Shown piece by piece: positions 54,427-63,540 of a stretch of 64,000 bases of DNA. Below the pieces are notes generated by a model. It saw only the letters and a program-made list of their open reading frames with translations. It was not told the DNA's origin and did not search any database. Numbering within the stretch: the first letter of the stretch is position 1; every line of letters begins with the position of its first letter. The stretch covers positions 40,267-104,266 of the forward strand of contig JAEUUE010000119.1 of NCBI GenBank assembly GCA_016787605.1, in the 5' to 3' direction. This stretch comes from Cyclobacteriaceae bacterium. Its GTDB lineage: Bacteria > Bacteroidota > Bacteroidia > Cytophagales > Cyclobacteriaceae. The position numbers and the translations under genes were made by a program.

Positions 54427-55263
54427 TTACCAATCACCCGATTTTATGAGCCACCCCAGCGCCGCCAGGCTGAGGAGCGCCATACCCGTCATGACCACCA
54501 TCACGGGAACAGGAGATGATCCGTCGGCTGAAGGCTGAGCGGCAAGAATCACCGTGATGGTGATATCCATGAGCACAAAGAACACCAGCAACACCGGGGC
54601 AAACAGGAGACCCAGGGGATGTTGGCGAATCAGGAGAAGTCCCACGATGAAGACCCCCGGAAGAACAACGGAGAGATCAAGCACGTGCACCGGGTTGGTA
54701 CTCAGGCCAGCGGCCACCAGGGAAGGCGGCGTGATGCCTTGAACGAGAGCGGGTACAATGTCGGCAAGCCAAAGCAAGGAGAATAATACCGCAACCGCCA
54801 GGAAGTAAATCCCTACTGCTTTTGCTGGCCGGACGGAAGAGAGAGCCTGGAAGGCAGGCTGGCGCAGCTGCCGTCGAACCGAATAGAGGAAAGCGTAAGC
54901 GGACAGGCCGAGAATAGCCACGTAAGCAAGAAACAGGCTGTTGAAGTGCACGGAAAAGCCGTAGATGATGAATGTATAGATCAGGTAGAGAACCGTTCCA
55001 CCCCAGATGGGTTCGGCCCTCCGCTCGCCCCGATGCATATACAGTCCGGATACCGCCAGGACAGGCAGAATGAGAAAGAAGTCGATGGCATCCTGTGCGG
55101 TGGCTTGCACGGTCCAATCCGCCGTTTCGGCACGATAGATTTCCGGTCGGAGCAGTCCGGCCAGGCTCACCAGGGCAAGCAGGAGAGCCAGCGGGACAGT
55201 GAACCACAGCGTGTAGTTTCTGGTCGTTTTTTGATCGGTTGGGGCAGGCATATCTCGGGGCAA
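54427..55263 (-). CDS. polytopic membrane protein, unknown family
   Basis: 278 aa with about 8 hydrophobic segments. It is divergent from the usp-ccoI operon. Confidence 0.5.
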   Translation of the reverse strand: MPRDMPAPTDQKTTRNYTLWFTVPLALLLALVSLAGLLRPEIYRAETADWTVQATAQDAIDFFLILPVLAVSGLYMHRGERRAEPIWGGTVLYLIYTFIIYGFSVHFNSLFLAYVAILGLSAYAFLYSVRRQLRQPAFQALSSVRPAKAVGIYFLAVAVLFSLLWLADIVPALVQGITPPSLVAAGLSTNPVHVLDLSVVLPGVFIVGLLLIRQHPLGLLFAPVLLVFFVLMDITITVILAAQPSADGSSPVPVMVVMTGMALLSLAALGWLIKSGDW

Positions 55264-55335
55264 AAATCAGTTGGTAAATGTGTGACGGTAAACTACATTA
55301 GCCAATGAGCGGTATCACCCGTGCGCTTCTGCCGG

Positions 55336-55349
55336 ATGATTAAAATCAG
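55336..55349. promoter_or_regulatory. FNR/CRP-type palindrome upstream of the usp-ccoI operon
   Basis: ATGATtaaaATCAG matches TTGAT-N4-ATCAA at 8 of 10 positions. It lies 75-88 nt upstream of the ATG at 55424. Confidence 0.45.
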
Positions 55350-55423
55350 AGGGCCCCGTGACCCTGCTCACCCGGTACGGGCACGCGTGCGGGGTACTTT
55401 TATGCGGGTTAAACTCCTTGATT

Positions 55424-56248
55424 ATGAAACGGATACTTGTTCCCTGTGATTTTTCTGAAACTGCCGTAGAGGCCTTCAAGTTTGCCGCCTCCATCGCTGA
55501 AAAAGGCGGGGGTACCGTACACCTGCTTCACGTCGTTGAACTGCCCGTGTTGTATGATTCCGCCGCCGTGCTGTCTTTTGAACAGGCCTACATGACAGAC
55601 CGCAAGAAGGAAGTGGAAAAAGCCATGGCCAAGCTCAAGGAGAAGTATGCCAAAGATCTCCCCATTACCATCAAGTCTCACGTGGAATACGGGGGAACCG
55701 TTCATGTGATCCGCCGGATGATCCTGGAGACCAAAGCCGACCTTGTGGTGCTCGGCACCCATGGCGCAAAGGGACTGAAGGAGTTTACTGTGGGTTCGAA
55801 TACCGAAAAAATTGTGCGGTCAAGCCCGGTGCCGGTAATTTCCATGAAGAAGGGAATCAAGAGCGTCAAGAGTATTGTGATGCCCACGGCGCCCGATTTT
55901 GACCAGGAAAAGCTGACCATGGAGGTGAAGGATATGCAGAGTTTCTTCGGGGCTACCCTTCATGTCCTGTATGTGAATACCCCGGCCCGGTTCAGGACCG
56001 ACGGCCAAATCAAGGCCGGCATGAAGGACTTTGCGAAGCGCTTCATGCTGAAGAATTATACCCTCAACATCTACAACGACATCACGGAAGAGGAGGGGAT
56101 CAAGAATTTCTCCCGGGAGGTGAAGGCCGATATCATCGCGATGCGCACCCACGGCCGCCGGGGCATTGCCCACCTGGCCAGCGGCTCGATCGCGGAAGAT
56201 GTGGTCAATCATATCGATTGCGCGATTTGGACGTACGTGGTGAAATAA
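55424..56248 (+). CDS. tandem universal stress protein (USP-3)
   Basis: From MKRILVPCDFSETAVEAFKFA. Two UspA domains, paralogous to USP-1. It ends 15 nt before ccoI. Confidence 0.8.
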   Translation: MKRILVPCDFSETAVEAFKFAASIAEKGGGTVHLLHVVELPVLYDSAAVLSFEQAYMTDRKKEVEKAMAKLKEKYAKDLPITIKSHVEYGGTVHVIRRMILETKADLVVLGTHGAKGLKEFTVGSNTEKIVRSSPVPVISMKKGIKSVKSIVMPTAPDFDQEKLTMEVKDMQSFFGATLHVLYVNTPARFRTDGQIKAGMKDFAKRFMLKNYTLNIYNDITEEEGIKNFSREVKADIIAMRTHGRRGIAHLASGSIAEDVVNHIDCAIWTYVVK

Positions 56249-56263
56249 ACGAGAGCAGGATTC

Positions 56264-58642
56264 GTGGTACAGACAGAGCTAAAGTGCTACCATTGCGGGC
56301 AGTTGTGCGAGGACCGTCAGTTCGCCGTTGACGAAAAGAGTTTTTGTTGCTACGGTTGCAAGGTGGTTTTTGAGATCATCAACGACAACAACCTGTGCGC
56401 CTACTACCAATATGATGCCCACCCGGGCGCAACCGCGAGGGTAGTCGATGAAGAAGCCTTCCTGTTTCTGGATGAACCAGCCGTGCAGAAGAAGCTGCTC
56501 GAGTTTCAATCGGCCTCCTTTGCCCGCGTCCGGTTTAATGTGCCGGCTGTCCATTGTGTTTCCTGCATCTGGCTGCTGGAAAACCTGCGCAAACTCGACG
56601 CCGGAATCCTGCGGTCGGAAGTAAACTTTGCCCGAAAGTCGGTGCTGATCGACTTCAACCCCGAGCGGGTTTCGCTGAAGCGGATCGCCAGCCTAATGGC
56701 TTCGGTCGGCTATGTACCTCAGATACAATTGGATAGCGAAAAGGCATCGGCGCCGGTTTCCAACAAGTCGCTGGTGACGCGGCTGGCGGTGGCCGGTTTC
56801 TGCTTCGGCAATGTGATGCTGTTCAGCTTCCCCGAATACCTGGGTCTCGACCACAGCGATGCAGCGCTCAAAATGGTCTTCTCCTTCCTTAACCTCGTGC
56901 TTTCTGTTCCCGTGCTGGTCTACAGCGCGCGCGACTACTTCTACTCGGCCCGGAAGAGTTTTGCCCAACGCCAGATCAACATCGACGTGCCCATTGCGGC
57001 CGGCCTGCTGGCGCTGTTCTTTCGAAGTGCCTGGGACATCCTCACGGGATTCGGTCCCGGCTACCTGGATTCCTTCACCGGTCTCGTATTCTTCCTGCTG
57101 ATCGGCCGCTGGTTTCAGAGCAAGACCTATGAAAGCCTCGCCTTTGACCGTGACTTCCGGGCCTATTTTCCGCTGGCCATCCGCAAGCTATTCAGGGATG
57201 AATGGAAACCGGTGGTGATTTACGAACTGGAACCGGGCGACGTCATCCAGGTTCGAAACCTTGAGATCATTCCCGCCGACAGCAAGCTGCTGAAAGGCGA
57301 AGTGTTTATTGATTACAGCTTTGTCACCGGCGAATCGCGGCCGGCCCGCGCCGTAGAGGGTGACCTGGTTTACGCAGGTGGAAGGCTGATCGGTCAGCCG
57401 GCCACGTTCGTCGTGGAGAAGGGGACTTCGCAGAGTCACCTCACCTCGCTGTGGAATCATGAAAGTTTCAGGAAACGGGAAGAGAGCAAGTACCAACGAA
57501 CAATCGACCGTGCCGCCCGGGCCTTCACGTGGGTGGTGATGGTCATCGCGTTGGGTACGGCCGTGTTTTGGTATTACTTCCGGCCTGAGGAGATGTGGCT
57601 GGTGGTGACTGCCGTCCTCATGGTCGCCTGTCCTTGTGCACTGGCACTGGCAGCACCTTTTACGTATGGAAGCATGCTCCGGGCCTTCGGAAGAAACCAG
57701 CTCTATCTCAAGAATGCGGATGTCATTGAGCGCCTCGCCGCGGTGAATGCCATTGTCTTCGACAAAACAGGCACCGTAACGCACGGGACTCATCCGGAGA
57801 TCACTTTTGAGGGCCAATTGACGGAGGAAGACAGGCGCGCGGTAAAAACCCTGACCAGCTTTTCCACGCACCCGCTCAGCAAAATGATCACCGCCTCGTT
57901 ATCGTCGCCAGGCGTGGCTGATATCCAGGAATTCCGCGAGCTCCCGGGGAAAGGAATTGAAGGAAGATCGGCAGGAAAAACCTATGCCATCGGTTCGGCG
58001 GAGTTTGTCTGTGCCAGGCCCCAGGATCTCCACGGGCAGACCCGTGTATGGATCTCCGTGAATGGTACGGTCCGGGGGTATTTTGCCATCCGGACGACGT
58101 TGCGGGATGGAATTTATGCCATGATCTTCCGCCTTGGCGACGCGTGCAAGGGCGTGCTTTCCGGCGACAACGAAAGCGAGCGAACCCTGATGGCCCGGTT
58201 GTTTGGACCTAAGGCTACACTTCGCTTCAACCAGGATCCTCACGACAAGCGCGCCTACGTGGAAGAACTGCAGCAGCAGGGAAAGAAGGTACTCATGATC
58301 GGCGATGGGCTCAACGACGCAGGCGCCCTGAAGCAGGCGGATGTGGGGCTGGCCGTCACGGACGACAGCGGGGTGTTCACACCCGGCAGCGACGGTATCC
58401 TGTTTGGACAACGGATGGAAGATTTGGACAAGTTTATCCGGTTGGCCCGGCGTTCCCATCGTATCTTGCGGATGGGATTCGGTATTTCGTTCTTGTATAA
58501 CGCGGTAGCCCTGACGTTCGCGGTATCCGGAAATCTCACGCCGCTGGTGGCTGCGGTATTGATGCCCATCAGCAGCATCAGCGTAGTCAGTTTTGCGTCG
58601 GTAGCCGTGCGTTGGGCGGCCAGGAGGGAAGAGTTGAATTAA
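56264..58642 (+). CDS. ccoI: heavy-metal (copper) translocating P1B-type ATPase, CcoI/FixI-like
   Basis: N-terminal Cys-rich domain CYHCGQLC...FCCYGCKVVFE, CPC motif (VACPCALALA), the phosphorylation site DKTGT and GDGLNDAGAL. GTG start. Confidence 0.85.
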   Translation: MVQTELKCYHCGQLCEDRQFAVDEKSFCCYGCKVVFEIINDNNLCAYYQYDAHPGATARVVDEEAFLFLDEPAVQKKLLEFQSASFARVRFNVPAVHCVSCIWLLENLRKLDAGILRSEVNFARKSVLIDFNPERVSLKRIASLMASVGYVPQIQLDSEKASAPVSNKSLVTRLAVAGFCFGNVMLFSFPEYLGLDHSDAALKMVFSFLNLVLSVPVLVYSARDYFYSARKSFAQRQINIDVPIAAGLLALFFRSAWDILTGFGPGYLDSFTGLVFFLLIGRWFQSKTYESLAFDRDFRAYFPLAIRKLFRDEWKPVVIYELEPGDVIQVRNLEIIPADSKLLKGEVFIDYSFVTGESRPARAVEGDLVYAGGRLIGQPATFVVEKGTSQSHLTSLWNHESFRKREESKYQRTIDRAARAFTWVVMVIALGTAVFWYYFRPEEMWLVVTAVLMVACPCALALAAPFTYGSMLRAFGRNQLYLKNADVIERLAAVNAIVFDKTGTVTHGTHPEITFEGQLTEEDRRAVKTLTSFSTHPLSKMITASLSSPGVADIQEFRELPGKGIEGRSAGKTYAIGSAEFVCARPQDLHGQTRVWISVNGTVRGYFAIRTTLRDGIYAMIFRLGDACKGVLSGDNESERTLMARLFGPKATLRFNQDPHDKRAYVEELQQQGKKVLMIGDGLNDAGALKQADVGLAVTDDSGVFTPGSDGILFGQRMEDLDKFIRLARRSHRILRMGFGISFLYNAVALTFAVSGNLTPLVAAVLMPISSISVVSFASVAVRWAARREELN

Positions 58643-58663
58643 ATTACTAATAATCTTAAGGTT

Positions 58664-59959
58664 ATGATAAACTACATATCAGGAGAAGAGGCAGTAAAGG
58701 TGATCAAATCAGGGGACCGGGTATTTATCCATGGCGGTGCAGCCACCCCGCATTACCTGCTGCGAAAAATGGTGGAGAGATCGTCGGAGTTGTGGGACGT
58801 AGAATTGGTGAGCATCAGCCTCCAGGGTGAGGCTCCTTTTGCGGACAAGAAGTACAAGGATAATTTCCGCATCAACGCCCTGTTTGTTTCAGAGAATGTT
58901 CGCGAGGCCGTCAATGACGGGAGGGGGGACTATGTACCCGTCTTCCTGAGTGATATCCCCAAACTCTTTACCCGTAACGTGCTTCCCCTGGACGTAGCGT
59001 TGATCCAGGTATCTCCGCCCGACAAGCATGGCTATTGTTCCCTGGGTGTTTCCGTCGACACCGTGCTGTCGGCGATCAAGTATGCGAAGCATGTGATTGC
59101 GCAGGTCAACCCGCGGATGCCCCGGACTCTCGGCGATGGCATCGTAAAGGCCGATTTCTTTGATGCGCTGGTTTACCAGGAGCAGGAACTTCCGGAGGTG
59201 ACCAACCCTCCGCTGTCAGAGATCTCCATGCGGATTGGTCAGAACTGCGCGGAGCTGATCGAGGATGGGGCTACCCTGCAGATGGGTATTGGCGCCATAC
59301 CCGATGCCGTGCTGGCCAGCCTGGGCAACCATAAGGAGTTGGGTGTGCACACGGAAATGTTTTCCGATGGCATCATCCCGCTGGTGGAAAAAGGAATCAT
59401 CACCGGGGAGCATAAGAAGAAGCACCGCGGCAAGATTGTGACGGCGTTTGTGCTGGGCAGCCGCAGGCTCTATGATTTCATTGACGATAATCCGTCGGTA
59501 TCTGTACTCCGGGTGGACTATGTGAACGATACGTCGGTGATCCGGACGAATCCCAAGGTGGTGGCCATCAACAGCGCCATCGAAGTGGATATCACGGGGC
59601 AGATATGCGCCGACTCCATCGGCAGTTACCAGTATTCCGGCGTAGGAGGCCAGATGGATTTCATGCGCGGTGCGGCCCTGTCGGAGGGTGGCAAGCCGAT
59701 CATCGCCCTCCCGTCCATGTCGGCCAAGGGAACATCGAAGATCGTGCCCTTCCTGAAATCCGGTGCCGGTGTGGTCACGACCCGGGCGCACGCCCATTAC
59801 ATAGTTACGGAGTACGGGGTAGCCAATCTCTTTGGGCAAAACATGCGGCAACGCGCGAAAGCCCTGATCGAGATCGCGCATCCCAACCACCGCGAGGCGC
59901 TGGAACGTGCGGCGTTCGAGCGTTTCAAGAGCTACCAGTTTGAATCCACCCAATACTGA
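58664..59959 (+). CDS. acetyl-CoA hydrolase/transferase family protein (4-hydroxybutyrate/succinyl-CoA:acetate CoA-transferase-like)
   Basis: 431 aa. N-terminal GDRVFIHGGAATP and C-terminal domain SAIEVDITGQICADSIGSYQYSGVGGQMDF are typical of the AcetylCoA_hydro/transf family. Confidence 0.8.
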   Translation: MINYISGEEAVKVIKSGDRVFIHGGAATPHYLLRKMVERSSELWDVELVSISLQGEAPFADKKYKDNFRINALFVSENVREAVNDGRGDYVPVFLSDIPKLFTRNVLPLDVALIQVSPPDKHGYCSLGVSVDTVLSAIKYAKHVIAQVNPRMPRTLGDGIVKADFFDALVYQEQELPEVTNPPLSEISMRIGQNCAELIEDGATLQMGIGAIPDAVLASLGNHKELGVHTEMFSDGIIPLVEKGIITGEHKKKHRGKIVTAFVLGSRRLYDFIDDNPSVSVLRVDYVNDTSVIRTNPKVVAINSAIEVDITGQICADSIGSYQYSGVGGQMDFMRGAALSEGGKPIIALPSMSAKGTSKIVPFLKSGAGVVTTRAHAHYIVTEYGVANLFGQNMRQRAKALIEIAHPNHREALERAAFERFKSYQFESTQY

Positions 59960-59965
59960 TACCCG

Positions 59966-60148
59966 ATGTTGATCGTCGTATTGCTCATCGCGATAAGCCT
60001 GTTCATTGCCTTGATTTTCCTGGGCGTGTTTTACTGGAATATTCGCTCGGGGCAATACGACGACACGTATACGCCTTCCGTGAGGATGCTGTTTGATGAG
60101 GGAAAGCCCGCCGAGTCACCCCAGGCGGGCGAAGAAAAGAAGTCCTAA
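59966..60148 (+). CDS. ccoS: cbb3-type cytochrome oxidase assembly protein CcoS
   Basis: 60 aa with a single TM segment followed by WNIRSGQYDD, the FixS/CcoS signature. Confidence 0.75.
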   Translation: MLIVVLLIAISLFIALIFLGVFYWNIRSGQYDDTYTPSVRMLFDEGKPAESPQAGEEKKS

Positions 60149-60209
60149 TATAAGACAAAAAGGTCTTTTATTAGAATTCAAAGAATCTTTTCTGGTTTTA
60201 TTGGTCTTT

Positions 60210-60223
60210 CTGACAAAAATCAG
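60210..60223. promoter_or_regulatory. FNR/CRP-type palindrome upstream of the cytochrome c-nosZ operon
   Basis: CTGACaaaaATCAG matches TTGAT-N4-ATCAA at 7 of 10 positions. It shares the extended pattern TGAY-N-AAAATCAG with the sites at 53326 and 55336. Its centre is about 30 nt upstream of the TAGGTTTG box. Confidence 0.45.
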
Positions 60224-60245
60224 GAACCGAATTTCGCCGGGCCGC

Positions 60246-60253
60246 TAGGTTTG
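60246..60253 (+). promoter_or_regulatory. Bacteroidota -7 promoter box upstream of the nos operon
   Basis: TAGGTTTG (TAnnTTTG) lies in an AT-rich spacer 73 nt upstream of the cytochrome c ATG. Confidence 0.4.
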
Positions 60254-60325
60254 CAGCCGTAGACATCAGGCAAAGGCTTGTCGCGATTATGTAAATTGGA
60301 AAGTAAAACAAAACCCTTATATCCT

Positions 60326-60787
60326 ATGAAGTACCTGATCATTTTCCTGGTGGTTGTATTGGCCTCCTGTGCCCCTGACAAGCCGAAGAATGTGGAGGAG
60401 TATCCGGAATCAAAACAGTCTGCTCCTGAGGCGGTGATTAACGATCCCACCAAAGGCATTGGAGCGGTCAAGAACGTCACGCTGAAAAGCCCGCTTGAAC
60501 AGGAACGGATCAGCCGTGGCCTGGCCATCTATGAGATGAAGTGCAGCGCTTGCCATAAACTGGATGAGACGCGGTTTGTTGGGCCGGGCTGGAAGGGTGT
60601 GACCAAGACGCGCAAGCCGGAGTGGATCATGAACATGATCACCAACGTGGATGTGATGCTGGACAAGGATGCCGAAGCACAAAAGCTGCTCGAGTTGTGC
60701 CTTACCCGGATGCCGAACCAGAACGTATCCATCGGTGATGCCCGTGATATCCTGGAGTTTATGCGTCAGAATGACGGCGAGAAATAA
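60326..60787 (+). CDS. monohaem c-type cytochrome lipoprotein (nos-associated)
   Basis: Lipobox VLASCAPD, a single CSACH haem-binding motif and a distal Met candidate (CLTRMPNQ). Confidence 0.7.
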   Translation: MKYLIIFLVVVLASCAPDKPKNVEEYPESKQSAPEAVINDPTKGIGAVKNVTLKSPLEQERISRGLAIYEMKCSACHKLDETRFVGPGWKGVTKTRKPEWIMNMITNVDVMLDKDAEAQKLLELCLTRMPNQNVSIGDARDILEFMRQNDGEK

Positions 60788-60847
60788 CCCTGCAATCCCA
60801 ATCAATCCCTAATCAATATCCTCTCAACCCTTAACCCTAGATATCCA

Positions 60848-62833
60848 ATGAAAACGTTAACACGATTTATCGTTGCCCTCGCCGTAATCGGTTTGGGTGC
60901 CTCGATGAACGGTTGTGCGCCGAAGGGGCCGAAAGATGCGGTGACCGGCAATGCAGCCTCCAAAGTTTATGTAGCCCCCGGGCAATATGATGAGTTCTAC
61001 AACATCGTATCCGGCGGCTTCAATGGCCAGATCGGCGTCTATGGACTGCCCTCCGGCCGCCTCTTCCGAATTGTGCCTGTCTTCTCCCAATTCCCGGAGA
61101 ACGGCTATGGATACAGCGAAGAGAGCAAGCCTATGCTCAATACCTCGCACGGCTATGTACCCTGGGATGACCTTCACCACATCGCCCTCTCCGTAACCAA
61201 CGGCGTTCACGATGGTCGTTGGGCGTTTGCCAATGCCAACAACACCCCCCGGGTAGCCCGCGTTGACCTGAAGACCTTTCATACCTCGGAGATCATCGAG
61301 TTGCCCAACAGCGGTGGCAACCACAGCTCACCCTTCATTACGGAGAACTCCGAATACGTTGTCGCCGGGACACGCTTTAGCGTGCCGATGGGAGACAAGG
61401 TGGACGTACCGATCAGCAGCTACAAACAGAATTTCAAAGGCACTATTTCTTTTATCGGTGTGGACAAAACCACCGGCCGTATGAACATCGCGTGGCAGTT
61501 GGTGACTCCGGGTGTGAACTTCGACCTGGCCCGCGCCGGTAAGGGAGCTTCCGGAGGCTGGTTCTTCTTCTCGTGCTACAACACGGAACAAGCCTATACC
61601 TTGCTGGAAGTCAACGCTTCACAGAAAGACAAGGACTTTATCATGGCCGTAAACTGGAAGAAGGCCGAAGAATACATTGCCGCCGGCAAAGGCAAGAAGG
61701 TAAAGGCTAAGTATGCCCATAACGTGCTGGATGAGAAGACCAACATGACCGTCTCCACAATGATGGAAGAGGTGATGCAACTGGATCCCCTCGAACTGAA
61801 GGACATCATTTATTTCATTCCCTGCCCGAAGTCCCCGCATGGTTGCGACACGGACCCGACCGGTGAATACATCATTGGAAGTGGCAAACTGGCTGCGTTG
61901 ATTCCTGTCTTCTCCTTCACCAAGATCCAGCAGGCGATAGCCAACCAGGATTTTGAAGGTGAGTTCGGCGGCATCCCGGTGATCAAGTACGAAGCTGCGC
62001 TGCACGGCGAAGTGAAGAAGCCCGGCCTCGGACCGTTGCACACCGAATTTGACGCCAACGGAAATGCCTACACGTCATTCTTCGTTTCGTCGGAGATTGT
62101 GAAGTGGAACGTGAAGAGTCTGGAAGTGCTGGACCGCGTGCCCACGTACTACTCCATTGGTCACCTCTGCGTGCCCGGCGGACCCACGGCCAAGCCCTGG
62201 GGCAAGTATGTCATAGCCTACAACAAGATTACCAAAGACCGCTACCTGCCGACCGGACCGGAGCTGACCCAATCGGCCCAGTTGTATGATATCTCCGGCG
62301 ACAAGATGCAGTTGCTCCTGGACTTCCCGACCGTGGGTGAACCCCACTATGCCGAAGCCATCCCGGCCAACCTGATATCGCCGAATTCCGTGAAATTCTA
62401 CAAGATTGAAGAGAATGGACACCCCTATGCGGCCAAGGGCGAGAAGGAAGCCCGTGTGGAACGCAAAGGAAACCAGGTACATGTTTACATGACCGCCATT
62501 CGTTCCCACCTGACCCCCGACAATATCGAAGGTGTGAAAGTGGGAGATGATGTCTACTTCCATGTGACGAACCTGGAGCAGGATTGGGATGTGCCGCATG
62601 GCTTCGCCGTCAAAGGCGCCCTCAATGCGGAGATTCTCATCATGCCGGGCGAGACACAGACCTTGAAATGGCAGCCGAAGTCAGTGGGTGTATTCCCCTT
62701 CTACTGCACCGACTTTTGTTCCGCGTTGCACCAGGAGATGCAGGGTTATATAAGGGTTTCTCCTGCCTCATCCAACGTGCCGTTGAAGTTCTCTACGGGC
62801 AAAATTGAGGCCGAGGGAACTGGAGCAAATTAG
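60848..62833 (+). CDS. nosZ: nitrous-oxide reductase, Sec-dependent (clade II) type
   Basis: 661 aa. The N-terminus has no twin-arginine and ends in a lipobox-like SMNGC. It has a seven-blade propeller region with conserved His motifs (DDLHH, GNHSSP) and the C-terminal CuA motif HGF...CTDFCSALHQEM. Confidence 0.95.
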   Translation: MKTLTRFIVALAVIGLGASMNGCAPKGPKDAVTGNAASKVYVAPGQYDEFYNIVSGGFNGQIGVYGLPSGRLFRIVPVFSQFPENGYGYSEESKPMLNTSHGYVPWDDLHHIALSVTNGVHDGRWAFANANNTPRVARVDLKTFHTSEIIELPNSGGNHSSPFITENSEYVVAGTRFSVPMGDKVDVPISSYKQNFKGTISFIGVDKTTGRMNIAWQLVTPGVNFDLARAGKGASGGWFFFSCYNTEQAYTLLEVNASQKDKDFIMAVNWKKAEEYIAAGKGKKVKAKYAHNVLDEKTNMTVSTMMEEVMQLDPLELKDIIYFIPCPKSPHGCDTDPTGEYIIGSGKLAALIPVFSFTKIQQAIANQDFEGEFGGIPVIKYEAALHGEVKKPGLGPLHTEFDANGNAYTSFFVSSEIVKWNVKSLEVLDRVPTYYSIGHLCVPGGPTAKPWGKYVIAYNKITKDRYLPTGPELTQSAQLYDISGDKMQLLLDFPTVGEPHYAEAIPANLISPNSVKFYKIEENGHPYAAKGEKEARVERKGNQVHVYMTAIRSHLTPDNIEGVKVGDDVYFHVTNLEQDWDVPHGFAVKGALNAEILIMPGETQTLKWQPKSVGVFPFYCTDFCSALHQEMQGYIRVSPASSNVPLKFSTGKIEAEGTGAN

Positions 62834-62874
62834 CCTGTTTTCTCATAGTTTACAGGTTCCGCCCTTGGCGGAGG

Positions 62875-62911
62875 AAGGCGACTCCCGGTCAGCGATTTCC
62901 GGGAGCGCCTT
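62875..62911 (+). terminator. strong hairpin between nosZ and the downstream membrane gene (attenuator or mRNA-stabilising stem)
   Basis: AAGGCG-A-CTCCCGG-10 nt-CCGGGAGCGCCTT, 13 bp with one bulge. The U-tract is weak (CTTCTT). Confidence 0.4.
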
Positions 62912-62934
62912 CTTAACATTAACTTCGAATTCCC

Positions 62935-63540
62935 ATGATGCATCCTACTAAGCGAATTACCCGGGTAGTCCTTGCCCTCTCTGCCCTCACCCTGGTGTCA
63001 ACCTATTTCGTTCCTCTCTGGCGCATTCTCCTTTGGGCGCCCCAGTATCCCGAAGGCCTTGAAATGAAAATCTGGATCAACACGCTCAGTGGTGATGTGA
63101 AAATCATCAGTGCCCTCAACCACTACATCGGCATGAAGCACATCGAAGTGAGCATGTTTCCGGAATTTGAATACATGGTTTACATCGTTGGCGGGATCAT
63201 CGCCATCGGATTGCTCGCCGCACTATGGGGCAAGCGGGTCGGACTGTTCATTTACCTGGGGGTCATGGTCGCCACCGGCATAGCAGCACTGGTGGATTTT
63301 TACCTGTGGGGCTATGACTACGGGCATAACCTCAACCCCGACGCCGCCATCAAGGTGGAAGGGATGTCTTACCAGCCCCCCTTAATTGGAACCAAGGTTC
63401 TCCTCAATTTTACGGCGTTCTCCGGCCCCGATTCCGGCGGCTGGATTTTTATACTTAATGGCGTGATGCTCCTGGGCCTGATCTACGTGGAGATGCATAC
63501 GCACAAGGAAGTACCCAAGATCACTACTAAAGTAGACTAA
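62935..63540 (+). CDS. NosB-like membrane protein (nosZ-downstream TM protein of clade II clusters)
   Basis: 201 aa with 4-5 TM segments. Its position directly after clade II nosZ and before nosL matches descriptions of nosB. Confidence 0.5.
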   Translation: MMHPTKRITRVVLALSALTLVSTYFVPLWRILLWAPQYPEGLEMKIWINTLSGDVKIISALNHYIGMKHIEVSMFPEFEYMVYIVGGIIAIGLLAALWGKRVGLFIYLGVMVATGIAALVDFYLWGYDYGHNLNPDAAIKVEGMSYQPPLIGTKVLLNFTAFSGPDSGGWIFILNGVMLLGLIYVEMHTHKEVPKITTKVD

